A DNA stretch of 33,253 nt from IMG/VR virus record IMGVR_UViG_3300045988_050695, positions 1 to 33,253 of that record; one strand, given 5' to 3'. Below the pieces are notes generated by a model. It was not told the origin of the DNA. It made no database searches and worked only from the letters and a program-made list of their open reading frames with translations. Shown here piece by piece: positions 24,120 to 31,032 of the stretch. Source of the DNA: a virus. A program made the translations under genes and the position numbers. Position 1 is the first letter of the stretch; each line of letters opens with the position of its first letter.

Positions 24120-26123
24120 ATGAACGAAAAAAACATAAACATAAGAGTAGTGGACTGGGAGCCTCCTCAGATCATCCACTACACGCAGGGCGGGACAGAA
24201 ATTCCGCTCGTTTTCAACATTCTCGATTATGAAATACCGTCCGGGGCGACGGCGAGAATTTATATTTTAAAGCCGTCAAAAAAACAGGTGTATAACAGTT
24301 GCACGGTTGACGGTAACTCCATAAGCTACAAGCCGACAGCTCAATCTTTCATAGAAGCCGGCCGGAATCTCGTCAAGCTTCAGGTTGTCATCGGTCAGGA
24401 CCTTCTTTTCTCGTTCACGCTGTTCGTGGACGTAGAACCGAACTTCATCAACGAAGACGCGATCGAATCCACGGACGAATATGGAGCCTTAGACGACTTG
24501 ATCATTCAGGCGCAAGAGGCGCTTGACGAGATGACAAAGCTAAACAACTTCCCATTCTACCCGTACTACGGGAGCGGAACTGAGGGGGGCATGGGATCTT
24601 TGGCGGAAGTAGACGGTGGGCACTATTCTTTCCCATATAATGCGACTGACAATACCGGATATTTGCGAATTTCGCTACCGACAAAAGAGAACATCCTGAA
24701 CAACAACTCGAGGGTAGCCTTTGACATCGTCATAGCGAGCTACACACGCGCTATGACCGGGGTTTACTCTGTAACCGGTGAGCTGTACGCCACGGGCACC
24801 GGGGCGCAGGACGGTTGGTCGGCTCCGAGCGCTGTTTTTTACGGAAAACAGGATAACGCTCTTTCGAATCTGCCGGTCGTATTCGGAATGGATCAGACGA
24901 CAAAAAGAAGATACGTACAGATCGGAAACGCCGATACTAACTGGGGGGCCGGCGCGGCTGTTATCAAAAACGTCCGCTCTTTCTGGAACGTGTACGGCGC
25001 GAACAACTGGCAAGAGGGATGGGGAATTGAGATCACAAAGACTGCAATCCCTACGCCGAGGACCAGCGTCGATCCTACAATCGTTCAGCCGATATCTTCC
25101 GGCGGCACGGGTGAAACTAATCGGGTTGACGCTATGGCCGCCCTTTTAAATTTGCCGAACAATACCGTTCCGGCAGAGGACACCCCGGCAGCCTGGGCAG
25201 AGCTTGGAAACTGCACGATCTATTACAGCGCTGCCCCGTCCGGGTTCGAGTTCCCATCGACATATGGGACTTTGATTCAATTCGTCAATAACGACGCTGT
25301 TTCTACAGTTCAGCAGCTTTGGCTCAGGCAGGCCCATGGCATGTTTTATAACCGCGCCGGAAACTCAACCGGCTGGAACGCGGACGCCGATCTGACCGGA
25401 GAAGACAGCTGGAATCAGGTATTCACGACAAGGGATCTCTCCCCGCTCTATAAGGCCATGTTTGCAGACGGCGGCTCGATCGCCTCAAACTCGAACCTGG
25501 ACAATTTCACGACTCCGGGACGCTATTACACATCCTCGTCGACCGTTTCCGCCTCGCTCACGAATACGCCTTTCCCGAACAACGCCTTCGAGATGGAAGT
25601 CGGCTTTGAGTTCAACGGCGGTCTGATAGGCGGAACAACTACAGTCTGGCAACGCGCTTACGTCACATCAACCGGGGCGGAAGCGTTCCGAAGACGATAC
25701 AACAACGTATGGTCAGACTGGACTTACACCGCAGTCCTGGGTTCAAATGGGGCGCTGCCGATAGCGGACGGCGGAACAGGTGCGACAACAGTTAGCGGGG
25801 CGCTGTCAAATCTCGGACTGTCAAACGCCATCATCATGAACTCTATGTCGCCGTCGAGTTGGGATATTCCAGCAAACTCTGCCCGAGGCGGGGAGATAAA
25901 GGGCAACCTTGACGGCTATGACGGTTACATTCCCACGGTAGTGTCTTGCTACTGTACAAACCATTACAGCGTAGTGATCTTAAACGCGTGGATAGACGGA
26001 GATTACAAGTCATCCGGAAACGGGTTCACATACCACATTGACGCAAGAAACCTGTCAGACAGCACTGTCACCGCAGATTTCACAATCCGCATTTTGTGGT
26101 TAAAAGAAAACATTTCGAGCTAA
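24120..26123 (+). CDS. Receptor-binding / tail fibre protein with GGTG(A/E)T motifs and pyocin-knob-like C-terminal domains
   Basis: ISSGGTGETNRVDAMAALL and IADGGTGATTVSGALSNLGL are typical fibre motifs. LDNFTTPGRYYTSSSTVSASLTNTPFP...WQRAY...NNVWSDWT resembles a knob domain. It is the last tail gene before lysis. Confidence 0.6.
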   Translation: MNEKNINIRVVDWEPPQIIHYTQGGTEIPLVFNILDYEIPSGATARIYILKPSKKQVYNSCTVDGNSISYKPTAQSFIEAGRNLVKLQVVIGQDLLFSFTLFVDVEPNFINEDAIESTDEYGALDDLIIQAQEALDEMTKLNNFPFYPYYGSGTEGGMGSLAEVDGGHYSFPYNATDNTGYLRISLPTKENILNNNSRVAFDIVIASYTRAMTGVYSVTGELYATGTGAQDGWSAPSAVFYGKQDNALSNLPVVFGMDQTTKRRYVQIGNADTNWGAGAAVIKNVRSFWNVYGANNWQEGWGIEITKTAIPTPRTSVDPTIVQPISSGGTGETNRVDAMAALLNLPNNTVPAEDTPAAWAELGNCTIYYSAAPSGFEFPSTYGTLIQFVNNDAVSTVQQLWLRQAHGMFYNRAGNSTGWNADADLTGEDSWNQVFTTRDLSPLYKAMFADGGSIASNSNLDNFTTPGRYYTSSSTVSASLTNTPFPNNAFEMEVGFEFNGGLIGGTTTVWQRAYVTSTGAEAFRRRYNNVWSDWTYTAVLGSNGALPIADGGTGATTVSGALSNLGLSNAIIMNSMSPSSWDIPANSARGGEIKGNLDGYDGYIPTVVSCYCTNHYSVVILNAWIDGDYKSSGNGFTYHIDARNLSDSTVTADFTIRILWLKENISS

Positions 26124-26134
26124 GGAGGAAAAAA

Positions 26135-26368
26135 ATGAAAAATTGGGAAACTTTGGAAGATTTTAAAAAATGGGCAAAAGCCGCGGCTATCAGAGCGGGA
26201 AAGACAATAGGGCAGGCCGCCATCGCCATGATAGGCACGGCAGTAGTTATGGAAGATGTAGACTGGAGGAGAGTAGCGTCCGCCGCTCTTCTTGCAGGCG
26301 TGATGTCCTTGCTTACCTCTATGGTCGGCAATCTTCCAGAATTAAAAGAAGAAACGGAGGAAAAATAA
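26135..26368 (+). CDS. Holin (putative)
   Basis: AAGGAGG lies upstream of ATG 26135. The 77-aa protein has hydrophobic segments (AAIAMIGTAVV, ALLAGVMSLLTSMVG) and a charged C-terminus. It is directly upstream of the endolysin. Confidence 0.65.
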   Translation: MKNWETLEDFKKWAKAAAIRAGKTIGQAAIAMIGTAVVMEDVDWRRVASAALLAGVMSLLTSMVGNLPELKEETEEK

Positions 26369-27469
26369 ATGAAAAGATTCGGAATTGACATAAGCGCATG
26401 GCAGTCTGACTATCCTTACGCAGGGGCAAAAAAAGAGGGCGTAGAGTTCGCCATCATCCGAGCGGGCTATCAGGAGACGAAAGATAAGCAGTTCGAGACC
26501 CACTACAAGGCGGCCAAAGAGCAGGGATGGGATGTGGGGGCATACTGGTATTCCTACGCGACAACCGTCGCCAAAGCAAAGGCAGAAGCAAAAGCTTTCC
26601 TTTCCGCCATCAAGGGGAAGAAGTTCGAGTTTCCTGTCTATATGGACGTAGAAGACCCGTCTATAAAAGGCCTTGGGAAAGAAGCTTTAAACGACATCAT
26701 CGAGGCCTTTGGCGAAGTGATAGAGTCCGCCGGGTACTACTTCGGAGTTTACACGAATGTCGATTGGTTCAGGAATAAGATTTCCGGGTCGAGCCTGAAC
26801 AAAAAGTTCGATTGGTGGATTGCGCAGTGGGCAAAAGAAGCCCCGACCGGCATAGATTATGGTGTGTGGCAGTTCGGCGGAAGCACGAACCTGATCAGAT
26901 CGGCCAAGATCGCCGGAGTAACTACGGATCAGAACTATTGTGTGAAAGACTACCCGGCAATCATCAAAGAGGGCGGTTTTAACGGCTATGGAAAGCCTGA
27001 AAAGGAACCGGAGAAAGAACCGGAAAAGAAGCCGGAAAAAGAGCCGGAGAAAAAGCCCGCCGCCTCCTCGATCAAGCTGTCGAACGAACCTCTTTACGCC
27101 TCCGCCACCGCAAAAGAAGCCGCCGGAAAGGTATCCGGCACCTATTACTACTGGGATTCTCAGGTAGTCAGCGGCAGGAGGAGGATCACGAATGCAAAGA
27201 GCAGGATAGGAAAGGCCGGACAGGTAACGGGCTGGATCGCCGTCAACAAGACGAGTAAGCCGCAGCTCAAAAGAGGATCTGAGGTCAATCTTAAAAACTG
27301 CCCGCTGTACGCCTCTTCCACAATAACAGCCGTGGCAAGTAAGGTATCCGGTAAATACTACCTCTGGGACGGCAAGCCGTTAAACGGCCGTTACAGAATC
27401 ACCAATTCTAAAAACAGGGTAGGAGTAGCCGGACAGGTTACGGGCTGGATAAATATCGAGGACATTTAA
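26369..27469 (+). CDS. Endolysin: GH25 muramidase + PEK-rich linker + two SH3-like cell-wall-binding repeats
   Basis: FGIDISAWQ...FAIIRAGY...VGAYWYSY...PVYMDVED are the GH25 blocks. The linker is KPEKEPEKEPEKKPEKEPEKKP. It is followed by two ~55-aa repeats (PLYAS...KVSG.YY.WD......R.RITN.K.R.G.AGQVTGWI). Confidence 0.9.
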   Translation: MKRFGIDISAWQSDYPYAGAKKEGVEFAIIRAGYQETKDKQFETHYKAAKEQGWDVGAYWYSYATTVAKAKAEAKAFLSAIKGKKFEFPVYMDVEDPSIKGLGKEALNDIIEAFGEVIESAGYYFGVYTNVDWFRNKISGSSLNKKFDWWIAQWAKEAPTGIDYGVWQFGGSTNLIRSAKIAGVTTDQNYCVKDYPAIIKEGGFNGYGKPEKEPEKEPEKKPEKEPEKKPAASSIKLSNEPLYASATAKEAAGKVSGTYYYWDSQVVSGRRRITNAKSRIGKAGQVTGWIAVNKTSKPQLKRGSEVNLKNCPLYASSTITAVASKVSGKYYLWDGKPLNGRYRITNSKNRVGVAGQVTGWINIEDI

Positions 27470-27470
27470 A

Positions 27471-27827
27471 ATGCCTGCCGAATATATCAGCCTGATTATT
27501 GCCGCGCTTGGCTTTGTCGCCTCGATCTATTATTCGGGGCGAAAGGCCAAAAATGAAGACATTGACAAGGTAACTAAAGAGGTTAAGCGGGATACCGAAG
27601 TGAATCTGAAACTTGACTCAATCATGACCTCGACAGCGGACACAGCGAAAAAACTGGACAAGCTGCAAGAGGACATGGCGGAAATGAAGACACAGTACTC
27701 GACCGCTCTTGAAAAAATATCCGACCTCGACAGGCGGGTCGGAAAACTTGAAACAAATCTCGGCAAGCTCCATCAGGAGCACCGGGAACATATGGCAATG
27801 TTAAGAGAAGAAAAAGGGGGCGCGTAG
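27471..27827 (+). CDS. Membrane-anchored coiled-coil protein, possible lysis accessory
   Basis: It has an N-terminal TM segment (YISLIIAALGFVASIYY) followed by a coiled coil. It is the last gene of the lysis cassette and ends in a terminator. Confidence 0.5.
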   Translation: MPAEYISLIIAALGFVASIYYSGRKAKNEDIDKVTKEVKRDTEVNLKLDSIMTSTADTAKKLDKLQEDMAEMKTQYSTALEKISDLDRRVGKLETNLGKLHQEHREHMAMLREEKGGA

Positions 27828-27838
27828 CCCCCTTTTTT
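27816..27838. terminator. Bidirectional intrinsic terminator
   Basis: The sequence is AAAAA-GGGGGC-gcgta-GCCCCC-TTTTTT. It lies between the convergent + strand lysis operon and the - strand 139-aa gene. Confidence 0.8.
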
Positions 27839-27894
27839 CGTCTAACTAAACTCTCCAGTCTTTTTCTTTAGCTATCGTTTTTGCCATCGTTACA

Positions 27895-28314
27895 CTAATC
27901 TACGCTTTCGATCGTCACGATTCTCGGATCAAGAACCGCCAGTACGACGGCGTTCTCACCCTCGACTATATTGGCGACGCCCATATCGCGAAGATTTTCA
28001 AACCTTACGCAGTCGTAGCCGCGTTTTTTTGCAAACGCCGCGATTGTCCAGGTTGACCACCAACTCTGGCACTCATTCGCATACTCGCTCATCAACTCCC
28101 AATCCTTGAACCACGGCAGATCGCTCCAGCACTCGCCCCCACAGTCAAGAGTGAGCAGGTTTTTAGGCTCAATCTCAACCTCGTAAAAATGTTCAGCGGC
28201 ATACGAACGAGCCACATTTTCGCTTGTCGAAAACCATGCACCCGTGCCGTTCTCGCTCTCTGCTAAAAACTCTTTAAATATCTTTTCACTCTTGCTGCCG
28301 TGGTAAGCTTTCAT
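27895..28314 (-). CDS. ADP-ribosyltransferase-fold-like protein (ART-PolyVal-like, tentative); accessory gene
   Basis: The N-terminal KAYHGSKSEKIFKEF, GAWFSTSENVARSYA, a later KKRGYDCVRFE and the terminal VLAVLDPRIV recall the YHG[ST]..F..F / G.[FW]F[ST]....A..YA / GYD / vv.dp.i pattern of phage/plasmid polyvalent-protein ART domains (memory only). It has its own consensus promoter and a terminator. Confidence 0.35.
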   Translation of the reverse strand: MKAYHGSKSEKIFKEFLAESENGTGAWFSTSENVARSYAAEHFYEVEIEPKNLLTLDCGGECWSDLPWFKDWELMSEYANECQSWWSTWTIAAFAKKRGYDCVRFENLRDMGVANIVEGENAVVLAVLDPRIVTIESVD

Positions 28315-28362
28315 TTTTCTTCTTCCTTTCTTCGGGGCTTTCTTGCCCTCCTTACATTATTC

Positions 28363-28391
28363 ATTATATACGCATTGCGTATAAATGTCAA
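28363..28391 (-). promoter_or_regulatory. Consensus promoter TTGACA-17-TATAAT with 17-bp palindromic operator TATACGCAATGCGTATA in the spacer (copy 1, upstream of the 139-aa gene)
   Basis: On the minus strand the -35 is 28391..28386 and the -10 is 28368..28363. The palindrome is 28367..28383. The element overlaps the stop codon of the HTH gene. Confidence 0.75.
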
Positions 28392-28582
28392 GGGGTTTTA
28401 GAAAATTTTTTCCCAATTTCTTCGATTTTTTCTATCACTAATCGTTCAACATAATCGGGCGGTTTCCGGTTCCCCAGCTCCCAGTCCTGCAATGTCCTTG
28501 GCGGTATGCCTATCTCTTTGCAGATCGTTTCACGGGATAGCCCGGCAGCCTGACGGGCTTCTTTAATAGCGTTCTTTTCCAT
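28388..28582 (-). CDS. Xre-family helix-turn-helix protein (64 aa); candidate repressor/antitoxin/controller
   Basis: AAGLSRETICKEIGIPPRTLQDWELGNRKPP is a classic Xre/Cro-type HTH. AAGGAG lies 5 nt upstream of ATG 28582. Confidence 0.8.
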   Translation of the reverse strand: MEKNAIKEARQAAGLSRETICKEIGIPPRTLQDWELGNRKPPDYVERLVIEKIEEIGKKFSKTP

Positions 28583-28713
28583 ACATGCTCCTTATTTTTT
28601 CTTACTTTGCTTTAACGCCGCTAATGCAACTATCAGGGCGGCTATGCTGATGTCGTTAGGTCTATCAGGGATTTTAATGTTTCCATCTTCGCTTACCTCC
28701 TTTCCATGATTCT

Positions 28714-28742
28714 ATTATATACGCATTGCGTATAAATGTCAA
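28714..28742 (-). promoter_or_regulatory. Consensus promoter TTGACA-17-TATAAT with the same 17-bp palindrome (copy 2, upstream of the HTH gene)
   Basis: On the minus strand the -35 is 28742..28737 and the -10 is 28719..28714. The palindrome is 28718..28734. It is 33/33 nt identical to copy 1. Confidence 0.75.
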
Positions 28743-28849
28743 GGGGGCGAAAAAAATTTATGAAAAGCTCCTTTTGATGGTATTCTACTATTAGTATAGA
28801 AAAAAATCAACGAAAAAACGAAAAAAATCTAAAAAAAATAGAAAATATA

Positions 28850-28878
28850 TTGACACTCTAATTAAATTAGACTATAAT
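28850..28878 (+). promoter_or_regulatory. Consensus promoter TTGACA-17-TATAAT with 15-bp palindrome TCTAATTAAATTAGA in the spacer (early rightward promoter)
   Basis: The -35 is 28850-28855, the -10 is 28873-28878 and the palindrome is 28857-28871. A second TATAAT lies at 28884-28889. Confidence 0.75.
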
Positions 28879-28910
28879 CATAGTATAATTTGATGAAGGA
28901 GGAAAAAAAA

Positions 28911-29111
28911 GTGCAGTTGACAATGAAGCAAGCGAGAATTGGGGCCAACTTAACCATGCAAGAGATTGCTGAAAAAATGGGGATTCATTATCAAACCTAT
29001 AGCCGAATGGAAGCTCATCCGGAAGATGTGACCATAAAAGAAGCATATAAGTTTGCTGAAATTACAGGATTGAATTTTGAGGATATTTTTTTCGGTTGCA
29101 AATCTAATTAA
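28911..29111 (+). CDS. Xre/Cro-like helix-turn-helix protein
   Basis: MKQARIGANLTMQEIAEKMGIHYQTYSRMEAHPEDVTIKEAYKFAEITG is an Xre HTH. AAGGAGG (28896-28902) lies 8 nt before GTG 28911. The listed TTG 28890 start lies within or upstream of the RBS. Confidence 0.8.
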   Translation: MQLTMKQARIGANLTMQEIAEKMGIHYQTYSRMEAHPEDVTIKEAYKFAEITGLNFEDIFFGCKSN

Positions 29112-29117
29112 ATTAGA
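29103..29117. promoter_or_regulatory. Second copy of palindrome TCTAATTAAATTAGA, overlapping the Xre stop codon, flanked by degenerate promoter hexamers (TTGCAA ... TTACCT)
   Basis: It is an exact 15/15 match to 28857-28871. The TAA stop of the Xre gene (29109-29111) lies inside it. Confidence 0.8.
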
Positions 29118-29161
29118 ATTACCTATTGAATATTTCTTAGAGGAGTAGGAAAGGAGACAGG

Positions 29162-29737
29162 ATGACAAAAGAACAGTTAAACAAGGTTTTAGAAAAGCAT
29201 AAGAAGTGGCTAAATGATGAACCTGGTGGAGAGCGAGCAGACCTCTGGGGAGCAGACCTCTGGGGAGCAGACCTCCGGGAAGCAGACCTCCGGCGAGCAG
29301 ACCTCCGGGGAGCAAACCTCTGGGGAGCAGACCTCCGGGAAGCAGACCTCCGGGGAGCATACCTCCGGGGAGCAAACAACATACCTGATTATGTATGCCC
29401 TATATGTTGCCCGGAAAAAGGCTCTTTTATTGGATTCAAAAAAGCCATCGTATTTAATTGGCATACAGAAGTAATTGTTGAATTAGAAATTCCAGCCGAG
29501 GCCAAGCGAAGCTCAGCTACCAATAGAAAATGCAGATGTAGTAAAGCAAAGGTGTTATCGATAACAGATTTTAGTGGTGTAGCTGAATTTCAAATTGCAG
29601 TAAGCAATTATGATAATGATTTCATTTACGAAGTGGGCAAGACTGTAGTTGTTGATGATTTTGACGAAAACAGATGGAATGAATGCTCAACTGGCATACA
29701 TTTCTTCATAACCAGAGATGAGGCTGTTAACTATTGA
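29162..29737 (+). CDS. Pentapeptide-repeat protein with conserved C-terminal domain of unknown function
   Basis: About 10 consecutive A(D/N)L-x-x pentapeptides ([47 protein letters not shown]). These are followed by [16 protein letters not shown]...[10 protein letters not shown]...[21 protein letters not shown] lies upstream. Confidence 0.85.
   Translation: MTKEQLNKVLEKHKKWLNDEPGGERADLWGADLWGADLREADLRRADLRGANLWGADLREADLRGAYLRGANNIPDYVCPICCPEKGSFIGFKKAIVFNWHTEVIVELEIPAEAKRSSATNRKCRCSKAKVLSITDFSGVAEFQIAVSNYDNDFIYEVGKTVVVDDFDENRWNECSTGIHFFITRDEAVNY
29235..29377. repeat. 15-bp tandem repeat (GAGCAGACCTCYGGG), about 9.5 copies
   Basis: Units start at 29235 and recur every 15 bp to 29369, with only 1-2 substitutions per unit. 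All six frames are open across it. Confidence 0.95.
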
Positions 29738-29801
29738 GGTAAAACGATGAAAGTTTACATAACAAAATCAGAATTAAAAACGCAGTCTGGGGGTGTCGTA
29801 T

Positions 29802-30392
29802 ATGAAAAAGTATAAAATCCGTGAGGGTAGCCTGTTGTGGGCGCTGAAAAGATTTTGGTTCGTGTTTGTCGGCGCAGCCATTCTGGTATGGCTGGCGTTT
29901 CCAGCACCACAAGAAGCACAGGCAGAGATCAAACTGCCGGAGGCCGAGCCGGTCGCCGCAACCGAACAGGCCCCGTTGTATGATGTACCGCTATCAGCCG
30001 ATCTGCAAGAACATATCAGCGAATTGTGCGACGCTAACGGCGTGGATATGTCGCTGGCGTTGGCGATTATTGGCCAGGAATCCAATTACCGGCCGGACGC
30101 CGTGGGAGACAACGGGAATAGCCTCGGACTAATGCAGATACAGCCGAGATGGCACCAGAGCCGCATGGACAAGCTGGGCGTGACCGATCTGTTAGACCCA
30201 TATCAGAATGTTACCGTAGGGATTGACCTGCTGGCCGAACTGATAGAAAAGGGAAACGGCACTGAGTGGGCGGTCACTGCCTACAACGCCGGAACTGCCG
30301 CCGCCGACTATAACCGCGCAATCGGAACAAGGACAGAATACGCTGAAAGCGTGATGAAGTTAAAAGAATCCTTAGAAAAGGAGCTAATATGA
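29802..30392 (+). CDS. Secreted/membrane-anchored lytic transglycosylase (SLT domain)
   Basis: It has an N-terminal signal/TM segment (FWFVFVGAAILVWLAFPAPQEAQA). This is followed by ALAIIGQESNYRPDAVGDNGNSLGLMQIQ...AYNAG, the SLT catalytic Glu-Ser and AYNAG blocks. Confidence 0.8.
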   Translation: MKKYKIREGSLLWALKRFWFVFVGAAILVWLAFPAPQEAQAEIKLPEAEPVAATEQAPLYDVPLSADLQEHISELCDANGVDMSLALAIIGQESNYRPDAVGDNGNSLGLMQIQPRWHQSRMDKLGVTDLLDPYQNVTVGIDLLAELIEKGNGTEWAVTAYNAGTAAADYNRAIGTRTEYAESVMKLKESLEKELI

Positions 30393-30736
30393 GCCCACGT
30401 TCAGAAGATTTAATCAAAAAAAGTCCGCCCCAGACTTCCCTGGAGGCAGACGCAACAAATCACAATCATAGTAGCACGATCTTGGAGCGGTGTCAATATG
30501 AATCGCATGAATCCACAAAAGTCGACAAGTCCAAAAGAGTGCGATTGATCTTATCGGCAATGGGCGAATCGGCATTGACCGCACGAGAGATCGTCGAACG
30601 GATAGGATTCTCAGACATGAACACAGTCAGACCACGTCTGACCGAGATGGTAGCCTCCGGATTAGTTGAAGTGATTGGAGTTAAATATGACAAAAAGACA
30701 CGGCGGACAGTATCCGTGTTTAGGAGGGTAATCTGA
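30389..30736 (+). CDS. Winged-helix (MarR-like) DNA-binding protein
   Basis: ILSAMGESALTAREIVERIGFSDMNTVRPRLTEMVASGLVEVIG...RTVSVFR is a wHTH pattern. It has an ATGA overlap with the SLT gene. Confidence 0.6.
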   Translation: MSPRSEDLIKKSPPQTSLEADATNHNHSSTILERCQYESHESTKVDKSKRVRLILSAMGESALTAREIVERIGFSDMNTVRPRLTEMVASGLVEVIGVKYDKKTRRTVSVFRRVI

Positions 30737-31032
30737 TGTACTGGTGTAACAACTGTAAGGCTTTTCATAGGGATGACATGTTAAAGACGATCGAAGAATC
30801 ACACAGCGAGCAATTCACGATCTGCGGACACTGTGGAAGCGAAGACATAGAATCCGCTGATGAATGCTATTGTGGAGAGCCAAAGAAAGAGGTTGACGAC
30901 CGTTGCGAGTGGTGCGAAGCCACACTGTCCGGGCTGATATCGGTAATGATATCCGATTGGATAGAAGTTACCGGGCAGAGCCGAGATACGGCAATCAATG
31001 AGATCGTGGATAGATTGGAGGACGAAATATGA
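30736..31032 (+). CDS. Zinc-ribbon-like hypothetical protein
   Basis: CxxC pairs: CNNC, CGHC, C.C and CEWC. It overlaps the neighbouring genes. Confidence 0.55.
   Translation: MYWCNNCKAFHRDDMLKTIEESHSEQFTICGHCGSEDIESADECYCGEPKKEVDDRCEWCEATLSGLISVMISDWIEVTGQSRDTAINEIVDRLEDEI

Noticed and set aside
24778-25149. 123-aa + strand ORF and other internal alternative-frame ORFs (22648..22833, 23303..23527, 26170..26388, 26527..26778, 31761..31994)
   Set aside because: They are embedded out of frame in genes with clear family motifs, their translations are Arg/Gly/Ser-rich, and they have no RBS.
26997-27058. PEK-rich repeat (KPEKEPEKEPEKKPEKEPEKKP) in the endolysin considered as a separate repeat element
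   Set aside because: It is an ordinary flexible inter-domain linker of Gram-positive phage endolysins. The DNA units are imperfect and it has no independent significance.
28950-29474. Four overlapping ORFs (28950..29375 -, 29137..29382 -, 29210..29464 -, 29214..29474 +) with striking peptide repeats (LLPGG, RRSAP, EVCSP, EQTSG)
   Set aside because: All are alternative-frame readings of the 15-bp tandem repeat. Only the frame giving canonical A(D/N)LxX pentapeptides has an RBS, a plausible N-terminus and a conserved C-terminal domain.
29747-29815. 22-codon ORF (MKVYITKSELKTQSGGVVYEKV) with GAGGT upstream, between the pentapeptide and SLT genes
   Set aside because: It is too short to support without comparative or expression data, and it overlaps the preferred SLT start at 29802.
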